DNA of 64,000 bases from Schmidtea polychroa (Eukaryota), in assembly GCA_044892525.1 (NCBI GenBank), contig CM097885.1, forward strand, positions 235,974,001 to 236,038,000, written 5' to 3'. Position numbers and translations under genes: made by a program. Below, one piece after another: positions 10,246 to 22,758 of this stretch. The notes under the pieces are model-generated. The model saw only the letters and a list, made by a program, of their open reading frames with translations, searched no databases and had not been told where the DNA came from. Every line of letters starts with the position of its first letter. Position 1 is the stretch's first letter.

Positions 10246-11405
10246 TCATAAAAATTTTCATTAAAAATTATCTTAAAAATTATTCTATTAAAATTTCCAT
10301 TTAAAATTACCATTGAAAATTATTCATAAAAATTTCTATTAAAAATTACTTAAAAAATAATTCATTAAAATTTCCATTAAAAAATTTCAATTCTCAAACA
10401 CCTTCTATTTTTGTTAATAAATTTAAAAATCTTACTTTAATTTACTTATTACATTACTTTAATTTACTTATTTAAAAATTATTACTTTAATTTTAAAATT
10501 TTTGACCTTAATTAACTTTAATTTAATTTTTAGAACCATAATTTACTTTAATTTTAAAATTTTTGACCATTATTTACTGTAATTTAATTTTTAGAACCAT
10601 AATTTACTTTAATTTTAAAATTTTTGACCATTATTTACTGTAATTTAATTTTTAGAACCATTATTTACTGTAATTTAAAATATTTGGACCATTATTTACT
10701 TTAATTTAATTTTTTAGAACCATTATTTACTTTAATTTAAAAATTTGGATCATAATTTACTTTAATTTAAATTTTTGGACTGTAATTCAAAAATTTTGAC
10801 CATAATTTACTTTAATTTAATTTTTAAGAACCATAATTTACTTTAATTTAAAAATTTGGACCATAATTTACTGTAATTTAATTTTTTAGAACCATTATTT
10901 ACTTTAATTGAAAAATCTTAGCCCATAATTTACTTATTTAGACCATAATTTACTTTATTTCAAAAATAAATCTGAACCTTGATTTACTTAAATTTTTAGA
11001 CCCATCATTTACTTTATTTTTAAATTTTAGACCCATAATTTGCTTTATTTTAAAAATTTACTATGCGTTTTTTTAATGTAAACCACCTTTTCTATTGAAA
11101 TTCTCATGACCAAGAAGATCCCCTCACTATAGTGTGAAAAATCCATGCTTTTTTATTGAAGACTACCTTTTTCTATTGAAATTCTCAGGACCAAGGAGAC
11201 CCACCCAAATAATATTTATCCTTGGCTTGTTTATTGAAAAAAAAAAAAAAAAAAATTTGTATTTAAAATCCCAGAAAACATTGGGCATTACGGCAACAAT
11301 TATGTAATCAAAAAATGTCTACGGAAAAAGTTATGCAATCAAAAGTTTGCAACATTTTTTACCCCCCCCCCCCCCATTGCTGCCGTAAGCCACTAACTAC
11401 CTACT
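10245..11405 (-). repeat. Long terminal region (TIR) of the pPolB type 1 element, ending ...CTAACTACCTACT
   Basis: Reverse complement matches 34094-35020 and 59039 onward; contains AT-rich CCATAATTTACTTTAATT subrepeats. Confidence 0.88.
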
Positions 11406-13998
11406 CTCCTCTAATATTATGTTTATATACATTAAACATATCAAGGTCAACTAATAATTCAATGGTTTTATTTTTTTCTACTATGTCTTCATCGGTCCAT
11501 ATGCTATATAATAATATATCCCAAGCTAGAGAGGGAGCGGTTATATAATTATAAGGTTTTAATTCAAAAGCTTTTGAAAATGTCTCGAAGCAATCAGCTA
11601 AGATATAAACATCTAAGGAAAGATACATGTCAGTATATTCTCCAAGGTTTCTACAGTTGAAAAGATTCCACATTTTAAGTGCACGGGAATATTCCTGATC
11701 AGAAATCCCTGATTGTGTTAAAACAGAAAAGAAATCTTCTTGAGCTGGGAGTAATTCATTATATTTTTCAAAGGAGTCTATATAATCATATGGATAGATT
11801 CCTTTTGCTAGACAGGTATTATATTCCTCTAATGGAATATTGTTTTTTAATAACACATGTTCTTTTGTATATTTAAAATCCTCAGGGTTCATAGTTTTTG
11901 CAATGCCATCCAAAGACATCCCTAAGAAATTTAAGGAGTCCAAAAACTTAAAGCATCCATATTGAATGCTTTTATATTTTTCTTTTGTAAGTCCAATAAC
12001 CTTGAAAGAGTTTTTAGCATTTGCAGCTAGATGTTTAATGAACAGGTGAATATCATAGCCAAAAAGATTGTGAAATATAAATGGTATGTGTGTTGGTTTT
12101 TTACAATTGAGATTACATTTTTTATGGGCTGCTCCTCTGTAATTATTTTCTCTTTTAAAATGATCATGGTCTGCAACCTTTGACTCCTCATCCTCAAACT
12201 CTTGTTTGCACATCCAGCAGTGTGTTGCATTTTTATATTCTTCCTCTTGTTCTTCTGAAAAATTCATAGGAAAGTTGGATTTTAATATTATATATAATTC
12301 ATGTTCTAGATTATTTAAAGTTTCAACAAAATGGTCTAGAGTCTCTTTGTCAGAAGTTCCCCTAAATGAATATTCTCTAGATTCTACAAGTTCTGGATAA
12401 TTACTTTTGAAAAACATTTTATAAGCAGAGGGTAATTGTTTTGTTAGTTTTACAGTATTAGTTTTTGTTCGTCTTAGTTTTACATTTATAGCTTCAAAAT
12501 CACAATAAACCACTCCCAATGCTTCTAATAGATTGGAATAGTTTTTAAACCTCATATTAGCATTTTTCTTGTGTGGCATTTTTATTAAAGCAGGTTGATT
12601 CTTACAACAGAGTCTCTCATGTTTAATAGCAGCAAGTTTTGAACTTGAATGATATAAACATCTTTTACAACATATGCCTCCACGAATGAGTGTGTTTCCT
12701 TTCATAAAACTTTGAAAATTCTTTATTAAGATATAATGAAGTTTTTTATCTAACATAGTGCTTTCTGCTTCTGGTTCTAATGAAATGCCTTCTTCTGCTT
12801 CTCTCCTCGGGTGAACGCTTTGAACCTCTTCACCATATTCTTCTCCATCAAAGTCTTCGTCTGCTTTACCTTCTTCTAATATTAAAAGATCTACTTCTCT
12901 CTTTTCATCTGAGATTTCCATTTTAGAAATGTAAATAGGAATAATTTGTTTATAATTTTTATTTTTTCTAGTTTTTGTAATTTTGGTTGGAATGAATTGA
13001 TAAATATTAATTTTAAGATTATTTAATTTTTCAAATGCTGGAACATCTTCAATTTTCATTGGGTGGGAAAAATCTTTTGGATATATTAATTCAGATTCAT
13101 ATTCTTCATATTTTTGAACTCTCTGTGGGTTAGTTGCTTGAGGATGTAAGTGTGCAAGTATTGACCATTGAAAACATTTATTATCTTTATTCTGTACATT
13201 TATAACATGGTTGGAGGTGAATGGTGTATGAATAAAAGATTTAGGATTTGGTGGTGCACCTCTCCAGTATTCAATCTCTATGTTTTGAAAAGAGTGGAAT
13301 CTTAAATTAGATTCTCCTAGTTCTTGTTCCACCTGTTCTTGTTTTTCTTCCAATTCTTTAGCTATATCATTAACAAGTTTATTTCCTGCTTTTGTAGAAA
13401 ATAAATATTTATATGAGGTTTCAATTTTTACATCTAGAGGCATTGCGATCGAATCATCTCCTCTCCAGTATTTTGCATTTCCTGTAAATTTAACTTTTAT
13501 AACATTAAATCTTGATCTACCAAATTTTTTTATAGCATCATCCATTGATGATATTATTTTTTTTTTATTTTCTCTTATATATTGCATGATTGATCTGGGT
13601 CCTCGTTTTACTTCTACAATTACATCGGTGTGATTGAAGTTGTCCCAATTAAACTCTAGTTTTTCAGCTTTTTCAGTCATTGAGTTTGAATCAGAATCTT
13701 TTGCTTCAAGACCACAATCTTCTATGTGTCTTAAGTAAAAAGATTTTATCCTCATCTTTTTTCCACATGCTGAACATTCGAATATTTCTCTGTTTTTAGG
13801 AACTCCAATACAATTTTTAAAATGTTTCTTATAACCTGAAAATAAATATCTATCCTTACATTTAGTACAGATTTTGGAATTAGTGTCATCTAGTGTGTTA
13901 GCTTTTATTAAATGGTCTTTTGATTTTTTATGAGATGTTAAAGCAGTTTTATTTTTAAAATATTTTTCACAAATTTCACAATTGAAAATAGCTTCCAT
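11406..13998 (-). pseudogene. Second, divergent pPolB (type 2) with N-terminal C2H2-like zinc fingers, truncated at the IRG(G) motif
   Basis: CxxC..H motifs at the N-terminus; NKCFQWSILA, YCDFE, DHDH..YRGAAH..CN, FHNLFGYD, KGIYPYDY, YLSLDVYILAD. The ORF ends where the type 1 terminus begins; the polymerase domain is missing. Confidence 0.92.
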
Positions 13999-14093
13999 TT
14001 TTAAAAGAATTTTTTGGTTGGATACGATGTTTTGGTTTTGATATTAATTTTTATTAATTTTTAAATCCTTATAACGTTAAATCCTTAAGACCA

Positions 14094-14338
14094 AGTAGTG
14101 AGGAATCTATGCACCCCGTTACCTTTTCTCGGAATTACTAATCTATAAATACATCTATTCCGAACTTTTTTACTTTTAAGGGAAGAAATTAAGGGTTAAT
14201 GGCAATAGGGGACAAAGTTTAAAAGTTAAAAAAGTGAAGAATATGGGGTAAAAAAGCATATAAATGTGGAAAAAATGGGTCAATAGCGCTGTTTTTTTTT
14301 AGGGTGGGGGTGCTGGGGTGCATAGATTCCTCACTACT
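14094..14338. mobile_element. 245-bp module with perfect 24-bp Polinton-like TIRs
   Basis: AGTAGTGAGGAATCTATGCACCCC (14094-14117) and its exact reverse complement (14315-14338); no TSD seen. Confidence 0.85.
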
Positions 14339-14844
14339 AATTAAATCTTACGATGTATTTACTTCTTTTTCCCTAAAGCTCAAGGTAGAGCAGTCAGAAT
14401 CTGATTCAAAAGTTTTTTTGTACATAACTTTTTAAATAATTTGAAAATATTGATATGTTAATTATATGTTAATCAATGTATATTTCGCATGAAAAACACT
14501 TTACTTAAATTTGTATGTATTTTTCATTATGTGTGCTGTGTTTGTATGCTTAATTATTTTCTCTCACTTTCTAGATTCCTATAATAAATATGTTAAATTT
14601 CGCAGCATTAAATTTCTACACACAGGTAAGTTTGTGTGTTCCTATAATATATATTTATTGATTTTTTTTAGATTATAGATAATGTTATATTTCGCAGTAA
14701 AAAAAAAGCAATAAAAACACTTATATTTGTATGTTTATATATCTGTGTAACGGCTTTCTTATTGAATCATCTTATAAAAAAATTAATTGAGGTTTTTGAT
14801 GATATGTATCTTAAATGCAAATTTAAAGATAAAATGTCATTTTT

Positions 14845-14894
14845 TTCGCGGAACACTGGAAGCGTAATCGCGGAACACGTGTTGATAACCACTG
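14845..14894. mobile_element. Isolated end of a hAT (Charlie/Buster-like) element
   Basis: CGCGGAACAC twice, followed by GTTGATAACCACTG, resembling the ends of the other hATs in the window. Confidence 0.6.
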
Positions 14895-14980
14895 TGTTAG
14901 CTATTAGCCATGTGGCCGGTATTTCAATTTGACCTAAAAAAATTTAAGCCTAAAATACCCTTCAATGTAGTATTTCATAT

Positions 14981-17900
14981 TGACTATAAGCCTGTACCGT
15001 GCCTCGCTTCACATTGACATAGGGAAGGGGATACGGTGCACAGTGTTAACATCTACCTACTTATGTGTTTTTTGACTCATTTTAATTCTATCGTCATACA
15101 TCAATGCGTGTTTATCTTTGTAATTAAAAATAAAATTCGATAATAATTAACAATTCGATTCGTCGGTGCCGCGTCGTATCTGGATATTGCAAATCAGCTT
15201 GATGATCTGACATAAATCTAAGAATTTTTATGGACCATCATATTGAATATCATTTTTTTTCTATGTGGTTCTTGCCTTACTAGTACTTCTTCCCCACTTC
15301 GAAATGTCGTTGAATTCTTTTGTCGTTCTCGAATTTCCTCATCTTTTGCGCAGCTTGCTTGTTATTCGTTTGTGCTTCCGAAATATTTTCCGTCCATATA
15401 TTATCTCAAATGGTGAATATTTTGTAGAACTTTGATATGTTGCATTTATACTGAATTCAATTCGAGGCAGCAGTTCGTGCCACTGTTTTTCAGCACAGTC
15501 CCCTTTCATCGTCGTCAAAAGTAAATTTCTCATTGTTCTGATAGTTCTTTCCACTATTCCATTCGACTGATGTTGATATGGCGAGGCGAATTCTTGCTTT
15601 ATTCCAAGTTATTCTAATTTTTGATTTCAAGATTTCGCACTGTCTGTCAATATACTTAAAAGTTTACCATATTTGTAAATCCAACTGTTCATTAGCGTCT
15701 TCAAAATAGTTTTTTCATCTTGGTTTGCTGTAGCCGTTTGATTTACTGATTTGCTAAACTTATCAATAATAACGATAATATACTTTTTGTCGGCTGAAGT
15801 TCTCTCTATGAAAGCAACATCCATCTGTTCTAGAAATTCAAAACTTTCGTGTGGAATTAAAATTTCCTTTGTCTTCCTTTGGTCTATTTTCCTTACACAT
15901 GTGACACATCGTTTTACTAACTCATTAAAGATTTCTTGCATTTTCAGTCAGAAAAATTCCCTTCCAAATAATGAAACAGTTTCTTAATTCCAACGTGACA
16001 TAAATCTTCAAGTATTTTAGTCACTAGTTTAGATTGATAGCTTTTTGGGATTATCACTAGATCTATTTTGTCTAATTCCAATACAAGCATATCATCCGAT
16101 ACCTTTAACCGATCTTTATATCTGAATAAAAACTATTTAGAAACGATTCCTTCGAACATCTATCTGATTCTTAAAAATTTCCATCACTTCCTGGAACAAT
16201 TTATCTTTCTTCTGTTCTTCCATAATTTCTAACCTTGCCTATTTTTTGTAACAAATTGTATTTTACTCGTGAGCTTTCTTGTTTATGCTGTACATATGCT
16301 GTCTGACACTGTACAAATAAACTACCCTCGATCCTTGATAATTCATCTGCGTTTACATGTTTTTCACCTTTCAGGTATTTCAATTGGAAATCGTATTCTG
16401 ATAGATTAGCCAATAAGTCTGAAATTGTGGACTTATTGCTTTTCTTCGTGTTCATAAATACTAAAGCTTTGTGATCTGCTCGAGACACGAATTCTTTCCC
16501 GTATAAATACTGTCTAAAATATAAAACATATTCATGCAATGCCAATAATTATTTTCTGGTTACGCAGTCTCTCTTTTCATGGGCCGTCAGATTTCTTGAA
16601 CCGTGGTCGATAACAATTTTTGAACCGTCTTCTTATATTTGACTCAACACTGCTCCAATAGCTTCAAAACTGGCATCAGTATCCAAAATAAATTTACGAC
16701 CTATACGAGGAAAATGAAGAATAGGAGCTTGTGTTAAGGCTTCGTTAAGTTGTTTAAAAGTGTTCACAATTTTCTGACCATTCGATTGTTTTATCACAAC
16801 TTGACGCTGCTGCATGTAAGGGTACTGTTATTTTAGCATAATCTTTGACAAATCGTCTATAGTAATTTGCCAAACCCAGAAATGATCGAAGTTATTTAAC
16901 ACACTGTGGTTTCGTCGGTTCTGTAATTGACTTGATCTTCTCTGAATTTGTCTGTATTCCATCTTAACTGACGGCGTGACTAAGGAATTTTAATTTGGGT
17001 TTGTAAATTTTGCACTTCTCCGGATTTATTCTTAGTCCTGTTTTTTTATTCTTTTGAAAACTTCTCGCAATCGCTCATCATGTTGAGACTGGTCCTTGCC
17101 ATATACCAGAATATCTTCTAAATAAACAATTGCTCCATTAAACAATACACTTTCTAACATTGTGTGCATTAATCGCTGAAACGTTGTTGGAGCCGTTGAT
17201 AATTGGAAGTAGATTGAAACAAAATTGACCTTCTTTGGAACTAAAAAGAGTTTTTTCTTGTACTTCTTCTGCTAATGCGACCTGATAGAATGCTTGTCCA
17301 AGATCTAAAGAAGAAAAGAATTTAGATCCTGATAGGTTATCGAGTAATTGGAATATGTTGGGCATAGGAAAAGATTCTCTTTCTGTCATCTTATTCAACT
17401 CTCGTCTTTCTTTCCACTACAACCAATGGAGAGCTCCATGAACTTTTACATCCTCTTATAACTCCAGCTTTTGTTAACTCTTTTATCATATCTTCAATTT
17501 TCTGTTCTAGATGCATCGGTTGTCGTCTTGGAAATTGCATTGTTGGATTCCCAGATGTATTAATTTCGTGCTCCACGATTCTTATGAATCCTAAATCAAA
17601 TCTAGCTGCCATAAATATTGAGCCGAATTCATCTAATAATTTGTTAATTGTTGGCAATTCATTTCTTCCCAATTCCTTTTTTGCTTTTTGTCTTCTCTCG
17701 TCATCAGTATAATTGCTAATCTTTGTCTCGAATTCGATATTGTTAATTTCTATCAACTGTACTCCAAATGCTTTCAAAGTATCTATCCCGCTAATAAAAC
17801 CTGGAAATATATTTTTATAACAATTATTTTGATAGTCCTCATCTTATTTTGGTTTTTGAGTTCCTGGAAAAACTCCACATATTTTGATTTCACTGCTGCT

Positions 17901-18360
17901 TAACCAAGGACTACCATTTTTATTCATCAATGTAATTGAAGCTCCAGAATCTCACAACATCTCAATCTCAACATCATTTATCATCATCTTGCTCCATTCT
18001 CTTCCATCTGATTTCGCATACCTCATTCCTTCTGTTCTGTCATTCCGATTTTCTTCCTTTACAACCCCATTGACAAAATGTATACAATAGAGTTCTTCAT
18101 GTTTTTTTCAGTTTCCACATCATGAATTGCATAATCATTAAGTGATTCACTTGTTTCTGGATCGTCTGAGTAATTTCTTCCGTTTTCTTCGTCATGCACA
18201 CAAGCTATCATTTTCTTGTTCTCATAGTTCTGTTGTTCTTTCCTTCTTAATAAATAACAATCACGAAAATTATGCCCTCCCTAACCACATATCAAACATT
18301 TATCTTTTAGTGGACATTCATATCTTCTGTGCCCATATTCGCCAACAGGTAGATAAAATG
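14981..18360 (-). mobile_element. Degenerate Ty3/Gypsy retrotransposon (protease-RT-RNaseH-integrase fragments)
   Basis: Fragments SSLDLGQAFYQ, KEGQFCFN, FILDTDASF, DHKAL, IIDKFSK, YSPFEIIYGR. Related to the 55-59 kb element; TGACTATA at 14981 matches its LTR edge. Confidence 0.88.
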
Positions 18361-18399
18361 TAAAAGTTGCACAATTTACAATTGTTTGTTTAATTTTAG

Positions 18400-18960
18400 T
18401 TTTTGTATGTCGTTAAGTTTGAAACTGTCACTGTACCGTTTTCTGTATGTGTTTGGTGTAGGGATTTTTTATTGGAAGCTAGTGATGGTTCTTGGTTGTT
18501 GAATGAAATGAATCTTTGCTTTGTTTGATTGTTGTTGTTTAGTGCATTAAAAGGCCTTGTTCTGTTTGGTGGTAGTATTTTAATCTACGGATACTACGGA
18601 TACTACGGATTAATTGTTTTTTAATATTGTGGCCATGTTTTTATTTAGATTTTAGTAGTTTGTATGGGCCTTCGTACTTTGATTCGAAGCTTTTTGCGAA
18701 TAGTTTTTACTAAGACATAGCCTGTGGTTAAAAACGGTTTTACAATGTGCTTTATTTTTTTGACTTTCTTTTGGATTGGATTCGCTATATTCAGTTGTTA
18801 TTTGTTTTGTTGTTTCTTTTTTTGTTTTCGCTGTTTGTTTTTAGAGATATTAGAATTGATTCTATGCCAAAAACGTTATATGCAGGGTTTTCACTATCAA
18901 TTGAATTAGGAGTGTTTCTTAATCCAAGTAGGATTGTTGGAAGTTGTTCTGAACAATTTC
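18400..18960 (-). mobile_element. Decayed LTR-retrotransposon integrase C-terminal fragment
   Basis: Minus strand near 18650-18700 reads KSFESKYEGPYKLLK (GPY/F motif). Confidence 0.5.
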
Positions 18961-19062
18961 TAACAAAAATCTAATATAATAAAAGAAAAAATTAGCTCAT
19001 TAAATTTATGAAAAATAGTTTTATGTTGGGCTAAAGTTGAATTTTAGACCCAAAAATAAGAT

Positions 19063-20233
19063 TGTGACGGAATGTATCGACACACACCACGCATACCCTG
19101 CATCAGGTGTACTTAAAATAAAAAATAAAAGCACCGAGTAAACAAAAATAACAGAAAACACAGTACACAAAAAAAAATACTCAAATTAAAAGAAATACCA
19201 AACAAAAGCAAGAAGTGTGGCATAAAACCTACTCAAACACAACATGATCACAGAACAATAGTAAAAAGTTCGGATTAAAGGCGATAAGATGGAATAAGAA
19301 CGTGTTGGGTTTTGGATTATTTCAAGTCGGTTCTCTCTGACTCCTGTGTTCTTTAAATCAAAACAATGAACGACCCAACGTATATTGAAACAACAGGTTC
19401 ACAATTTATTATCACGCTACAATTACCAATCAAAGTTTTATACGATTCTCCGCTCGGCGTTGATGCTTTGCAAACAAACAATATTCACCTTTCGATCCTT
19501 TAGCTTCTCTCGATTCACGTTTTCCTCGGTTTCTGTTTGGTTTGATCCCTTTTCACCTTTCCGTATTCTTAATTCTTTTCTTCTTTTCCCTACTTTCCTA
19601 AATTCGTTTACCACTTTTCCTACAGTCTAATTCTTCGAACCCTAGCTGAGGCAGAATGCCGATTTTCTCTGATTTTCCCTTTGCTTATATATTCCTCGAA
19701 ATCAGGATGACAAATGGTTATTGCCGAGCCAATCTTTCGTTTGACATCTTCTCCTACGTGTTTGCTTCGGCTGTCATCCATAATGGTCCAACGAATCCAG
19801 ATAATTAATGGCCCTACCGGTCTTCCTACGCGCGCTATCTTCTCCTTACTCTTTTCCCATTAATCATTGTGTCAAGCTAATGGGCCCAAATCTTCCTTTT
19901 GTTTGCCTTTCTTCTTGTTTACCCAGCTCGGGTTTCCTTTATCTCTCGGGTTCTCCATTGGCTCGGGTTTCCCATTAGCTCGGGTTTTCCATTAGCCAAT
20001 TAATTAATTAATTAACGTTTTCTGTTTTCATACGTTTGAATGTTTTTCGACCCTTCCTAACCCTTTTCTGATAAATCCCTAACCATCATCTTGTTGACCA
20101 TTAGCTAATCTATACCTGTCCCGTTTTTCCCATTCGATTTCGATGATTTTTCCATTTATTGATTTTTCTCGGATTTCCGTATTCTCGCCTTTCGTAATTG
20201 CTTTTTGCATTTTCTATTACTGTTTCCGTCACA
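19063..20233 (-). mobile_element. Single ~1.17 kb LTR (3' LTR on minus strand)
   Basis: TGTGACGGAA...TTCCGTCACA inverted ends; purine tract AAAGGAAAG precedes it on the minus strand; no TSD. Confidence 0.75.
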
Positions 20234-22758
20234 CTTTCCTTTACTATTGATTCTGTGCACGATCCCGCTTTTATTTGCCTTTTTTCCTCGCTTACTTTCC
20301 ATTTGAATTATTATCCTAAATTTTATTTAAATTTTTAATTTTAATTTACAGACCTCAACAAACGGAAATAAGAAAGATTTCCCATAGAATACCAACAAAA
20401 CGTAGATTAAGAACAAATTTGCAGTAAAAATTGGGTAAAAACCCAAAACAATCCATCAAAATTGCGGAATCCACCATGACCGTCAAACAACCTAACAAAA
20501 CCAACAAAAATAAAAATACACTTGATAAAGGCAGTGCCGAAAATTCGTTAATATCAAAAACATCCAAATATTTACTGATTCATAGTCTTCAAGCGTTTTA
20601 ATATTATCCATTTTTGTATATATTTATTTTTTATATCGTCAATTTAACAATATAACTATTATCTGGTGTTCATTTCATATTTGGTCACATTTTCATTTAT
20701 AATGACAAGGTAAATTAATTATACAGGTAAGTGACTTCTCCAAGGGAGTGTAGCTTAGTTAATATCAGACTTTGATTTTTAATAGGGCCCATCTAAATAT
20801 GTTAATGAACTACTTGTTCGGAGAAGGGATTCAAACATTGGCTATGTGTGAAAATGGGAGATGATGTTTGTGTAAATTAAAATAGGTATCTGAGAGGCAA
20901 AAAATCCTCTACACTTAGTGAAACTGAAATAAGTTAAAATTGCTTGCAACAGGCTAAAGTGTAAGGGGGGAATAGTATGAATGGACCAAACCTGTCCGCA
21001 ATTAAAGACATAAATCACTGTCGCGTAAGTAGCTGAGTGCGTCGAAGTGAAGACGGGTATGATGTTGACCAATAATGTAGTTAAAATAGGAGATCGTCAA
21101 GGAGTAATTCATTTTGTTCAGATTTTGCCCAACCAACGCCAAGGAGAGATGAAAAATAAGACAGGTACGTCGTCCGTGGGGCGATATTGGGCATCGCAAC
21201 GGAAACGGGAATCCCACCCTGTGTAGCCTGTAAAGAAACAACGAGTGAACCCGAAAGAGTGGAACTGGACAAGTGTCATGCATGGAACCACGGGTTCCAA
21301 ATCGAACCAACAAACAATATGGCTCTCCGACGAAAAGCTTCAGAAAGTCGACCAATAGTTGTGCTCAAACGGGGGCCAACTTTGAATTCAGCTCACCTAG
21401 CCCAAACCCACGCGATGAGCGACGTTCACCAAGCCATCGCAAGACTAAGGCGAGAGAATAATTGAGGATACCGATGGAGAGTTTATCTGCTCACACAATG
21501 AGGAATGGTAACAAGAGCTGGTGAAGCTCCATGGACACAACGTTGGGATACATAGTGGGGTTATGTGGGCCGATGAAAAACCCCAAGAAGCGTGCCGCCC
21601 ACGCAAACGGCAGCACAGATATCTGTTCCGTTATTTGCCTTGTGGTGAAGCTATGGTCGCTGTAGATTTTGTTTGTGTTTTACTTGTAACTATTCGATAT
21701 GACGACACTGTTTTTTCGTTTAATTCATGTCTATGAAAAATTGTATTTATTGAATCATAAATTTTCGTTTGTGGATTTCCTTCGATAATGCGTTGAAGGT
21801 ATGTTCAGATGAATGTCACTTACTAGCCAATCGAATTAGAATTAAATAGATTTGAATCGTTAAGAGGGGAGAAGAGATGGCGTCGGACTTACGATGGGGC
21901 GCGATGGGGAGAAGTCACGACAGACGATTTATTATAAAGGGGTGTTATCAATAAATTATTGAGAAATAACATTCTCTCTAACTTAAAATAATGCATTCCC
22001 TTTTGTTTAGTGATACAGTAAATGGAGAACCTACAATCAGATAAGGAGACAACGTTAAAACAGACCGAAGAATTGAAACGCAGAATCGCCAAACTCAAGG
22101 GACGGTGCCGGGAGTTCGAAGGTACCTGGTTCAGTACCACTAAAATGAAAAAGCGCCTACAGCTGATCCAAATGCTGCAGCCTCCAGATTGCTCAAGATC
22201 AAACAAAGATATGGGTGCTCCGTCTTCCAGTCAGGCAATTGGAGACGGAGATAAATCAACGGAATATTAACCAAGGATTAGCCCAACAAATCAGACCAGT
22301 TTCAGTGGAGATGACGGAGGTCGCCAAGCAACGGGCCTCCATTCAGAAGAGCGAGCATGGCTAAAGACGCACCGAAAATTGTTCGTCGCCAGTAACTCGT
22401 TACAATAATAAATGTGCAATCGTGTTTCCCATAAATAAATCTAGTTGTGTAGAGGATTCTTTGTTTACTTATCAAGTAGTGATATTATAATAAGATTAGA
22501 ATCATAAGCACAAGTGATTAGTGCAATATTGACCTAAATATAAGACCGAAAAGTTTTTTATTTGAATTATAATTTTATAAAAAATTCCGCTATCAACAAA
22601 TTACTTCATCCTTTTCATATATTCTTTGTGATATTTAAAAATTTTACAACTTTGTTATTTAATTTACTTTTGAAATTAAATTAAATATACTTGTTTAAAT
22701 AATATAATTTATATAAATTATAATTGTAATCTTTAAAGTCAATCGTTTTTTTAGAGCA

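Noticed and set aside
11315..11548. Recurrent small ORFs (MSTEKVMQSK..., MKFSGPRRP...) here and at 34078-34393 and 58803-59263
   Set aside because: They recur because the TIR is repeated; frames break differently between copies and run across junctions.
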